Below are positions 51,871-59,896 of a stretch of 64,000 bases of DNA, piece by piece. Each line of letters begins with the position of its first letter. Position 1 is the stretch's first letter. The stretch lies in IMG/VR virus record IMGVR_UViG_3300045988_167691. The stretch is one strand, 5' to 3'. The position numbers were made by a program, and so were the translations under genes. Origin of the DNA: a virus. The notes below the pieces were generated by a model. It was not told the DNA's origin. It worked only from the letters and a program-made list of their open reading frames with translations, and searched no databases.

Positions 51871-52744
51871 AATGTTTTGGAGATGCGGTACACCAAAACG
51901 ATAATATTTCTATGCACTGCAAAGATACAACAAAATTAGATAATTCCAAAAAAAACGAGAAAAATTTTAGATCAAACTGAAAAATCGCCCGTTCGCACGC
52001 CTCGCTTCGCTCACGCGCGCCCGAAGGGTTTCCTCCCCACCCTCCATCCCTTTACTTTGCTTTCAATTTTCCTTACGCGTGTACGCGTTCGCGTTTTTAT
52101 TTCTTTTCTTTTTCTTAGTAGGAGTATCATCTATCATATTCCTTTCGTTCTTTCTCTATACTCTCTTTTCTTAATAGAGATCTCTTCCTACTAATGGGAA
52201 TGGTGATGGACTTTCCACCAAAGGAAACCAATGAGAGGCAATTCCTATTGCCGGAGTTGGTTTCCGGGTGTAAATTATTTGAAAACTTTATGTTTTCTAT
52301 ATAATATATGCAATTACTACAGAATGTTGGGAAAAATGGAAAATGGGAATTTTTCAGTACCCAAATGATGTTTTTTGAATGAAATTTACAAATTCAAAAT
52401 AACAGAATGAAGGGTCTTGTTTCCCCAACATTGAGCCCCTTTGGGAGGTCGAAAGGGGTAGGGGGATTGGGTGGGTCACCGGAACGTAGTGACGGAATAG
52501 AAACAATGATTCCATTAAAAGAAAGTATATGTATTAGGTAGGTATTATGAAAGCAAAAAGAATATATGGCGATAAAACGAAAAATGGTTAGCAAATCAAA
52601 TAGACCGCTACCCATCCATCGAATAGTAATAAGAATTTGAAGAAAATGCTAAGGTTTTTGATTTAGGATACTATGTGTATTGTTTTTGTAGGTGAGGACA
52701 ATTTCTCAACCATCCTCACCTTGCTGTTCACATGACAAACGATT

Positions 52745-53215
52745 TTAAAATTCCAAATCTTTATTTTCGTTTTCTACTCTTTGCTTCAAAGATACAAATT
52801 TCGGACGATATTCAGTAACTCTTATCATGCCAGGTTTTACTTTTGTTTTGCCTTTTTCTCTTATAGCTATTATCTTTTCTATTTTTACAGGGTTGTTTAT
52901 TTTCTTCCAATTTTTCTGTTGAAAGAAGGTGTTTTGTTTTGTATAGTTTTTATCTCTATACATTTTCTTGACACCTTTCCATTCATAGCTTCTTAAAATA
53001 CCGTCTCCTACTCTTAACAGTATTTTTCTTCCTGGTAAGTATTCTATCATAAGGAGATTTTCTCCAGACATGTTTTCTTCTTTGGGAATCATTTCTACAG
53101 ACATATCTTTAGGGAAGAAACCTGACTTGAAAGCATCTAAAGCCTTTCCATTCCAAGTAAATAGTAAGAACACCCTACCCTTTCTGTCTAAGTAATATGT
53201 GACTACCTTTTCCAT
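52745..53215 (-). CDS. hypothetical protein
   Basis: 156-aa ORF. Confidence 0.45.
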   Translation of the reverse strand: MEKVVTYYLDRKGRVFLLFTWNGKALDAFKSGFFPKDMSVEMIPKEENMSGENLLMIEYLPGRKILLRVGDGILRSYEWKGVKKMYRDKNYTKQNTFFQQKNWKKINNPVKIEKIIAIREKGKTKVKPGMIRVTEYRPKFVSLKQRVENENKDLEF

Positions 53216-53219
53216 ATCC

Positions 53220-53768
53220 CTACTTTTTATTTTGTTTACTCATGTTGTAATAGTTGGTGATGATAAGTTCGCAAGTGAACCCATTGTCAGAAATATCCAA
53301 CATACTAAATCCTCCTTTCCAAAGAAAGATCATCTTTTTCCGGTCAGCTTCATTTAAGGTAGTCATACTTTCACCTTTAAAGCCTTTCTTGTCTTTTAAA
53401 TAGTCGATAAAATCATCTATGAAGGACATTATGCTTTCCGTATCATAGGAGCTTCGCTTTATCCTCAAATCGACTGCTGGAACAACATCACCTTCACCAC
53501 CTATCTTTTCGTTTACGTTTACCTGGAATCCGGTGACAAGGTTATATCCTACAGAGTTTCCTTCAAATCCCCACTCTACCCTTTGGTTGTAGCTGCCTTT
53601 AGGTAAAATGGAATCCGCTCTTTCTATCAAAGAATCTTTTGAACTGCAATCCAGTATTCTAAAATGGATATCCATTATCTCATAAACTCTCAAAGGTCTG
53701 AAATCGTCCTGGCAGAAGCCATACACTGAAAAAAGTGTAAAAAGTACGATTAATGCTATTCTTTTCAT
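53220..53768 (-). CDS. secreted protein or lipoprotein
   Basis: 182 aa with the signal peptide MKRIALIVLFTLFSVYGFCQDD, where the Cys follows the hydrophobic core. Confidence 0.55.
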   Translation of the reverse strand: MKRIALIVLFTLFSVYGFCQDDFRPLRVYEIMDIHFRILDCSSKDSLIERADSILPKGSYNQRVEWGFEGNSVGYNLVTGFQVNVNEKIGGEGDVVPAVDLRIKRSSYDTESIMSFIDDFIDYLKDKKGFKGESMTTLNEADRKKMIFLWKGGFSMLDISDNGFTCELIITNYYNMSKQNKK

Positions 53769-54097
53769 GATAATTTGTTGTTGTTTAAAATTTCACTTTT
53801 GATTTTCTCGTTTGTGCTGTTAGCAAGAGGAACTGCAATAATGATGCAGAGTAACCACCATCCAAGTAGCCACAAGAGATGGCTTACACAGTTTACCAGA
53901 TCGACCTTAAATAAGGTAATCACAGCCCCTAAAAGATTGTACAAGGTACAAATAGTTAGGATAGATGCAATAACAGGCTTACCAGTGTAATAAAGCCCAA
54001 ATCCAGCCCACATACAAGCCGCAAGGAAAGCTCTATACGGCTTTTTCTTTTTCATTTCAAACAAAATTTCTTGTCTTTCGGTCATTTTCTTTTCCAT
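53765..54097 (-). CDS. TM2-domain-like small membrane protein
   Basis: 110 aa. KKKPYRAFLAACMWAGFGLYYTGKPVIA resembles the TM2-domain signature, and a second TM helix follows. Confidence 0.45.
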   Translation of the reverse strand: MEKKMTERQEILFEMKKKKPYRAFLAACMWAGFGLYYTGKPVIASILTICTLYNLLGAVITLFKVDLVNCVSHLLWLLGWWLLCIIIAVPLANSTNEKIKSEILNNNKLS

Positions 54098-54281
54098 ACT
54101 TTTATTTGTTTTTTGTTACTTGAATATGCTGCAAAAGTAATATCATTTTGTACAAAAACGAAGTCTTATATGTTAATTTATATGAAAATGTAATAGTATA
54201 TTCTTACACTTTTGTGAATGGAAATAAAAATCCCCGCCTCTTAAAAGAAGAAAGGCGGGGAGAAACACTGTGGCTAAGATT

Positions 54282-55463
54282 TTAAGCAATTAATTGTTTG
54301 GACAACTTCAAGTAACAATACAAAGTTAGAAATTTCACCGGAGATTCAAGCGAATTTTCGTCAAATTCATACTCATTCAGCCATTTTTCCATTTCTTCCA
54401 GGTTCAGATATTGCCATTTTCCCTGTTTCATGCACTCTGCAAGCGCGGGAAAGGTATATCCCTTATCCTTGTTGAACTTCTTGCATACCCTTTTGAGATA
54501 ACTTTTCCTTCCTGAATACCAAACATCACCGGCAGACGACATGCAGTAATAGGAGTTATCTTTTCTTTTTACTCCGAACCGGGTAACAATAGGGAAATAT
54601 ACCCTATCAGCAAGAAAAATGAATGGAATATACCATAAACCGTACAAAAAAGTCAGGAAACCGTTCAATTTTGCTTCTGGAATGAATTTTTTGAGCGTTT
54701 TTCTGAATCCATAAGCAAAATACCAGTTGTTAGCACCTCTTTTTACTTTGATTGTGTATTTCAAATGAATATTCCTGTCATTAACCCTATCCCATGGTTT
54801 TACTTTTTCTGTATTCATAGAAGGGAGATATGTCCAAAAATGCTTCAATGCACTGAAATAGGGATTGTAAATGGTATGTCCGTGATTAGAAACATAGGAA
54901 AGGATGTTTTTCAGTATTTCTTTTGCCAAAATACCTGTTTTGTGCTCTCCCCATTCCTCCGCTATTAATGCAAGAGATGGAAGTAAGTTCCAAATTTGGT
55001 CTTGCGAGACAAAAGGAGAAAAACAGGGGTCTTCATTTTCAAGTTCGATACCGTTCGAGTAACCGCTTTCTATTTTGTAAGCATTAAAAAGGTCTTTTGA
55101 ATTTACCGATATGTCGTCTCTAAGGAAGAATCCAGGCTCGTATTTAAAATATACTTTTGGATTCTTCATCTTTTCATCCTCATAGGCACTCAAAGAAAGT
55201 CTTTCTATTGATTTCAGACACCAGTAAATTTTATCTACACAAGATTTATCCCCCAGCACAGCTTCTACATATAAATAATGTAGGTATTCCGCCATATTGA
55301 TCGTCCCGTCTCCCCAATATAAGATTTTCAGCCCTGTTGTGTTACTCTTTGTCACTTTACTTGCTGGGATATTAGTTCCTCGGCAATTGTAGTTCTCTGT
55401 CACTACTACAAAATCTTTAAAGAAAATGCTTTTCAGCTTCGTATATTTTTCGTCTATTGTCAT
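54282..55463 (-). CDS. hypothetical protein
   Basis: 393-aa ORF. No motif recognised. Confidence 0.45.
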   Translation of the reverse strand: MTIDEKYTKLKSIFFKDFVVVTENYNCRGTNIPASKVTKSNTTGLKILYWGDGTINMAEYLHYLYVEAVLGDKSCVDKIYWCLKSIERLSLSAYEDEKMKNPKVYFKYEPGFFLRDDISVNSKDLFNAYKIESGYSNGIELENEDPCFSPFVSQDQIWNLLPSLALIAEEWGEHKTGILAKEILKNILSYVSNHGHTIYNPYFSALKHFWTYLPSMNTEKVKPWDRVNDRNIHLKYTIKVKRGANNWYFAYGFRKTLKKFIPEAKLNGFLTFLYGLWYIPFIFLADRVYFPIVTRFGVKRKDNSYYCMSSAGDVWYSGRKSYLKRVCKKFNKDKGYTFPALAECMKQGKWQYLNLEEMEKWLNEYEFDENSLESPVKFLTLYCYLKLSKQLIA

Positions 55464-55494
55464 GTTATAAAAATATTAAATTCAATAAAACCTA

Positions 55495-56184
55495 TTATAG
55501 TAAAGGCGGAACTTTCGCCCCGCCTGAACCAATAAAAACAAAAAAAGTGTGATGAAGAAGATTATCTTTTTTTTGTATTTTAGGCTGTAAACATTCCCAT
55601 TCTGATTTAAACATAAAAATGAACCCTTTGTGAGATTTTGATTTATGATTACAACAATCATTTAAACGGGACTGTGTAGCATTAATTGATCTACAACAAA
55701 ATCTTCCTGATTTCCATTCTTTTATTAAATTAAAATTTAAATCTAATTGAACTATAGGAATGCTATTGTAATTATAGTTCAATTTTGATAATCTAATTTT
55801 TTCGTTCCTTGTGCCATAATTATTGTTGTAAAGTATGTTACACCATTCTAAATTAGATACAATGTTATTGTCTTTTGTTTCGTCTTTATGGTTTATTATT
55901 GGAAATTTATTGGGATTTGGTATAAATTCCCAAGCAACCAAACGATGCACTTTAACTAAATGAGATTTTGAATGTTTACTTTTCAAACAAACTGTTTTAT
56001 ATCCATTTTTGTCTGTTCCTAATTTTAGAATTTTAGGGGTATTTACTATAATTCGATCTTTTTCTCCTTGCCTTTTAATAATATAAGTGAAAGGCAAGGA
56101 TCGAACTCTTCCTAAATTAGAAACTTGATATCTTCCTTTAAAGATGTTGTTTAAAAAGGTAATATCTTTCCAAACTTCATCCAT
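55495..56184 (-). CDS. free-standing HNH homing endonuclease (NUMOD4 + HNH_3 type)
   Basis: MDEVWKDI...YQVSNLGRVRSL (NUMOD4-like), then NGYKTVCL...VHRLVAWEFIPNPNKFPIINHKDETKDNNIVSNLEW. Confidence 0.65.
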   Translation of the reverse strand: MDEVWKDITFLNNIFKGRYQVSNLGRVRSLPFTYIIKRQGEKDRIIVNTPKILKLGTDKNGYKTVCLKSKHSKSHLVKVHRLVAWEFIPNPNKFPIINHKDETKDNNIVSNLEWCNILYNNNYGTRNEKIRLSKLNYNYNSIPIVQLDLNFNLIKEWKSGRFCCRSINATQSRLNDCCNHKSKSHKGFIFMFKSEWECLQPKIQKKDNLLHHTFFVFIGSGGAKVPPLL

Positions 56185-56606
56185 ATTTTATTTTTCTTAG
56201 TGAATAATCCAAATAGCCATTCGATAAGACCGCAATCCCATAATCCGTTCGATGCTAATCCTGCTCCAAATCCCCATAAGAGTGCTTGCCACCAATCCAG
56301 ACCTTCAAACATTCCAAGATTGAATCCCCAGGCAAACATTCCAAGTCCGATACCGATCACCCAAGAGATGATCCGTTGTACCCATTCGGAAGGTTCTACT
56401 TTGAAAAGTTTCTTGATAAATTCGGTTACGACTGCTGTAACACCCACTACTCCTGCAAAAGTAGCGAAATTTGCAGCGTAATCTACTGTTTCTTCTGGAA
56501 GTTCCCCTTGTGCAAAAATACAGGCGACATAGGAGAACATAAAAGCCAATGTCAATAAAATTTTGTTCATGATGATTTTTGTTTTTGAGTTAATTAACCG
56601 CTTCAA
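56151..56606 (-). CDS. membrane protein (signal peptide + Gly-rich TM helices)
   Basis: 151 aa, with ...MNKILLTLAFMFSYVACIFAQ and then the TM segments WVIGIGLGMFAWGFNLGMF and ALLWGFGAGLA. Confidence 0.5.
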   Translation of the reverse strand: MKRLINSKTKIIMNKILLTLAFMFSYVACIFAQGELPEETVDYAANFATFAGVVGVTAVVTEFIKKLFKVEPSEWVQRIISWVIGIGLGMFAWGFNLGMFEGLDWWQALLWGFGAGLASNGLWDCGLIEWLFGLFTKKNKIWMKFGKILPF

Positions 56607-56708
56607 ATATAAAAAGAAAAGGGCACTTTCACAAGCACCCCTTTCAACACACTGTTTAACCGCAATGTCATCGATCGACTTAATATGATAAAAGTAGATA
56701 CGATTTCG

Positions 56709-56927
56709 TTATTTTTTCACTCCAACCTTTACCCGATAGGCTTCATAAAGGTTGTTGACTACAATTTCCAAAGCATTTACGTTCATGCTTTCAATGATCT
56801 TCTCTCCTGGAATGGTTGTTTGCCAAATGGCATTCCCATTCTGATCAATAGTTTGTTCTACCGTTGCATTAGGATAGACCTTTTGTAGCTTTTTGATAGC
56901 TGCTTCTAAACGTTCTTGATATGTCAT
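56709..56927 (-). CDS. hypothetical small protein (first gene of the leftward operon)
   Basis: 72-aa ORF next to the divergent promoter region. Confidence 0.4.
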   Translation of the reverse strand: MTYQERLEAAIKKLQKVYPNATVEQTIDQNGNAIWQTTIPGEKIIESMNVNALEIVVNNLYEAYRVKVGVKK

Positions 56928-57007
56928 GACTTTATTTTTTCTTCAAAAATAGATGTAAGCTCTTTCAATCGCAAATACATTAACATATGTTAAACTTCTT
57001 CTTGTGG

Positions 57008-57039
57008 TTTGTAATAACATATTCTTACATTTACCTTTG
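57008..57039 (+). promoter_or_regulatory. Bacteroides-type promoter with an inverted TGTAAGAATA motif in the spacer
   Basis: TTTG (57008..57011), a 20-nt spacer, then TAccTTTG (57032..57039). tattcttaca lies at 57020..57029. Confidence 0.5.
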
Positions 57040-57061
57040 CTGTCAAACATATTTTATACTG

Positions 57062-57328
57062 ATGAAAAGGAAAGGAAAAGATTTTGTAATAAAAAACAGG
57101 AGGTATGAGAGTTGTATTATCCTGGCTGATGCTGGTTTTAAGCCTTTGTACTGTTCACAGACAATGGAAAACTATGCCGACTATATAAAGATAGAAGGTG
57201 ATTTGTACTACGGAATAACGAAAGATCAAGTCTTGCCAGGAGATAAGATTGTGAGTGTGGAAGATTTTCTTGAAGAATGGAACGAAAGGAAAGAAAAACA
57301 GAATCCGGTATGGTACGGTCAGTTATGA
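57062..57328 (+). CDS. hypothetical protein
   Basis: 88 aa from the ATG at 57062 (MKRKGKDFV...), 23 nt after the -7 box. The upstream part of the maximal ORF overlaps the promoter. Confidence 0.4.
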   Translation: MKRKGKDFVIKNRRYESCIILADAGFKPLYCSQTMENYADYIKIEGDLYYGITKDQVLPGDKIVSVEDFLEEWNERKEKQNPVWYGQL

Positions 57329-57460
57329 TGTATCTTTTTGTAGACGCAATGGCAAAATATTGTACCCAAGAAAACGAGTTATGCATCTTGATATTGACTA
57401 TTTTGATAACAAGTGTCATTCTTACACTAAAAATATTTTGAAGAAAATATAAGAATATAT

Positions 57461-57491
57461 TTTGACATGTAAGAATAAACTATTACATTTG
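57461..57491 (+). promoter_or_regulatory. consensus Bacteroides promoter with TGTAAGAATA in the spacer
   Basis: TTTG (57461..57464), a 19-nt spacer containing tgtaagaata (57468..57477), then TAcaTTTG (57484..57491), 20 nt upstream of the HTH gene. Confidence 0.6.
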
Positions 57492-57511
57492 CAACAGAAA
57501 AATAATCAAAA

Positions 57512-57763
57512 ATGAAGGAGAATAAATTAAGGATACGTGAAGTCATGCTTGAAAAAGGCATTTCAGTCAATGAAATGTCCGAAAAGTTAGGAATAACTCG
57601 GCAATCGTTTTATTCTATCGTGAACGGGAATCCTACTATGGATACATTGATTAGAATAGCAAAATTTTTAGGCGTGAACATAAAACAACTATTTAAAGAA
57701 GATGATAATGGAAATATTAGTGATAACGAAAAAGAAGAAAACAATGAAAGAAATGAAATTTAA
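57512..57763 (+). CDS. XRE/Cro-type helix-turn-helix transcriptional regulator
   Basis: 83 aa. IREVMLEKGISVNEMSEKLGITRQSFYSIVNGNPTMDTLIRIAKFLGVNIKQLF is a classic HTH_3 pattern. Confidence 0.75.
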   Translation: MKENKLRIREVMLEKGISVNEMSEKLGITRQSFYSIVNGNPTMDTLIRIAKFLGVNIKQLFKEDDNGNISDNEKEENNERNEI

Positions 57764-58325
57764 AGTAGGTGATATTGTTAAGGTCAAATCTCTTGACTGG
57801 TACAACAGTAACAAAACAGAAAATGGTTCTGTGACTGTTGAAGGTTCTTTTACATTCACAAATAACATGAAAAAATTATGTGGCAAGTTCTTTTGTATCG
57901 AAAAGATAGATGAAGTATGTATTTCTTTGAAGACACAGAAAGACTCTGTGTTCCATAGTTGGATGTTGGAAGATCAGGTGTACGAACTTGAAGAAGTAGA
58001 CCTTTCAAAAGAAGAAGTGAATGTGAATGATCCCAAATTCTTCACAAGGAATCTCGTTCCTTTATGGATAGAAGGTAAACTTATCTTACCTATTTACAAA
58101 GCTGTGCCGGCAGTTACGAAATTTCAGCCATTTCAGAAAGTTCTTGTAAAAGACAAAGAATCAATTAACGATTGTTTTACTGTATGGTCGGTTGATTTTT
58201 ATTCGTATTTTGATATGGAACGCCACAGACACCGCTGCTTAGGGGGACTGTGGGATCATTGTATTCCGTATGAAGGAAACGAACACCTTCTTGGCACAAG
58301 AAAAGAAATTCAGGTGACTGTATAA
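57744..58325 (+). CDS. hypothetical protein
   Basis: 193 aa from the internal ATG (MKEMKFKVGD...), which overlaps the end of the HTH gene by 20 nt. Confidence 0.45.
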   Translation: MKEMKFKVGDIVKVKSLDWYNSNKTENGSVTVEGSFTFTNNMKKLCGKFFCIEKIDEVCISLKTQKDSVFHSWMLEDQVYELEEVDLSKEEVNVNDPKFFTRNLVPLWIEGKLILPIYKAVPAVTKFQPFQKVLVKDKESINDCFTVWSVDFYSYFDMERHRHRCLGGLWDHCIPYEGNEHLLGTRKEIQVTV

Positions 58326-58629
58326 CAATTTTGCATCAAAAAAAATGAAAAATGATATACATTTGTATGAAGTATCATACTGGGTATCACCAATACCCTC
58401 TACCGGTTGCTCAAGAGTGAGATCGCCGGATTCTTTTGCTGGACAAAACGTTTTTGATTTTACTTACCCAACGAATATTTTTTAGGGTAAAAACCTTATA
58501 TCAAAGACCTCTTTTGTTTCAATCGTCTTGTCCAAAACAGGGGACTGTGTGATTCGATTGAACGAAACGAAGTTAGAAAAAAGAAATATTAAACCAAACA
58601 ACATCTATATGTTTTTATGACATGGCTGA

Positions 58630-58651
58630 TGTAAAGTGGTATACAATCACT
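58630..58651 (+). repeat. solo copy (A) of the TnpB-element end motif
   Basis: tgtaaagtggtatacaatcact, 20/22 identical to 61168..61189 and in the same orientation. Confidence 0.6.
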
Positions 58652-58676
58652 TATATTAATTTCATATTTTAAGTTT

Positions 58677-58720
58677 CCCGGCGGAATGTTCCGCGCAAGG
58701 CTTCCGCCGGGTTTTATTTT
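58677..58720 (+). terminator. rho-independent terminator
   Basis: cccggcgga-(17 nt)-tccgccggg, followed by ttttatttt. Confidence 0.7.
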
Positions 58721-58741
58721 ACCACTGTAAATTTTACCGCA

Positions 58742-59125
58742 ATGAGCTATTTTATCTTAATGGGAAGAAGAATCCCAAAACAAGTTGTGACAGGCTTCAA
58801 GTTTCAAAACGAAACAAGTAATGTCCTTCCTTTCCTTTCAATTAGAATAAGAGGAAAGGAAAGAATCATTCCTTTTAAAGAGAATAGAGAAATGTTTCCT
58901 GTAAAAGATCATCTTTGTTCCATCTTTTCTGGATTTGTAAAAATAGGAGACTGGTATCTCAGGATGTCGGAGGTTAAGGAATATAAGCCGGTGACCGCCG
59001 AAGACATGAATCCCTACATCTTGTTTAAGACATCTAAGTTCGGAAACATAAAAGTTCGTTTCCCGAAAGATGAAGATATGAATGCAGAATTACTGGTATT
59101 GGATCAACTTTTTAATGTAGAGTAG
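58742..59125 (+). CDS. hypothetical protein
   Basis: 127-aa ORF. Confidence 0.45.
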   Translation: MSYFILMGRRIPKQVVTGFKFQNETSNVLPFLSIRIRGKERIIPFKENREMFPVKDHLCSIFSGFVKIGDWYLRMSEVKEYKPVTAEDMNPYILFKTSKFGNIKVRFPKDEDMNAELLVLDQLFNVE

Positions 59126-59126
59126 T

Positions 59127-59627
59127 ATGGAAAAGACAAAACAACAAATCTCTATTGAATTAAGAGAAATTCAAAGAGAAATCAGCAAAGCGAGAAGCAT
59201 GCGGAACTGGGCTAAAATCACATATTTGAACCAGAAAAGATTGAAGCTCCAGGAAGAAATGGACTATATAAAATCAAAGGACAAGTTCTATTACCAGGAA
59301 CAGAACATGGAAAAATCTCTTGTTTCCTGGGCTGCGAAAACACTTAACTTATCACTTAATATGGCGGACTTGTCTGTCTATTATCTTGATCTGTACATGG
59401 CCCATTTCAAGGAAAGAGGGTTTGTTCCTACTGATGAATGGAAGGAAAAGGAAAGGAATTTTCGTAATGCAGCCAATCAATTGTCAGACTATATGAGGTA
59501 TTTCTTCAAAGGAAAATCATCTGACGATAATTCTGAAAGCATGTCCGAACTTATGGACTTAATAGAAAGAGATTACTACACTGACAGAGAGAAGGTTCAC
59601 CATAAACAATATGAAGATAAAGTGTGA
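59127..59627 (+). CDS. hypothetical protein
   Basis: 166-aa ORF, tightly coupled to its neighbours. Confidence 0.45.
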   Translation: MEKTKQQISIELREIQREISKARSMRNWAKITYLNQKRLKLQEEMDYIKSKDKFYYQEQNMEKSLVSWAAKTLNLSLNMADLSVYYLDLYMAHFKERGFVPTDEWKEKERNFRNAANQLSDYMRYFFKGKSSDDNSESMSELMDLIERDYYTDREKVHHKQYEDKV

Positions 59628-59896
59628 AACAAGAAGATATTGAAAAAGCAGCAAAGTCTTATCAAGAAAAAGATCATGATATTTGGACTGGTAAAGGTAT
59701 GGCAACAGAATTACAAAAAGCCTTCAAAGCTGGTGCAGAGTGGCGTATTAATTCGGTGTGGCATCCTACAACCGTAATTCCAGAATGCTATTGTTTTGTT
59801 GTGTTTCTCCCTAAGAAATCAACAATAGGATCAAAAAATTCAGGTGATTATATACTACTTTACACCACAAATATAAGAAATTGTTTTTATATATAA
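59624..59896 (+). CDS. hypothetical protein; its 3' end runs into the TnpB element end
   Basis: 90-aa ORF. The last ~18 codons lie inside the element end motif and beyond it (from 59843), so the native C-terminus may have been replaced by the insertion. Confidence 0.4.
   Translation: MKQEDIEKAAKSYQEKDHDIWTGKGMATELQKAFKAGAEWRINSVWHPTTVIPECYCFVVFLPKKSTIGSKNSGDYILLYTTNIRNCFYI

Noticed and set aside
52394-52615. 73-aa minus-strand ORF in the 1-kb gap
   Set aside because: The composition is hydrophobic and proline-rich. It spans the G-rich patch and hairpins, has no coupled neighbours and has no recognisable promoter. It is probably spurious.
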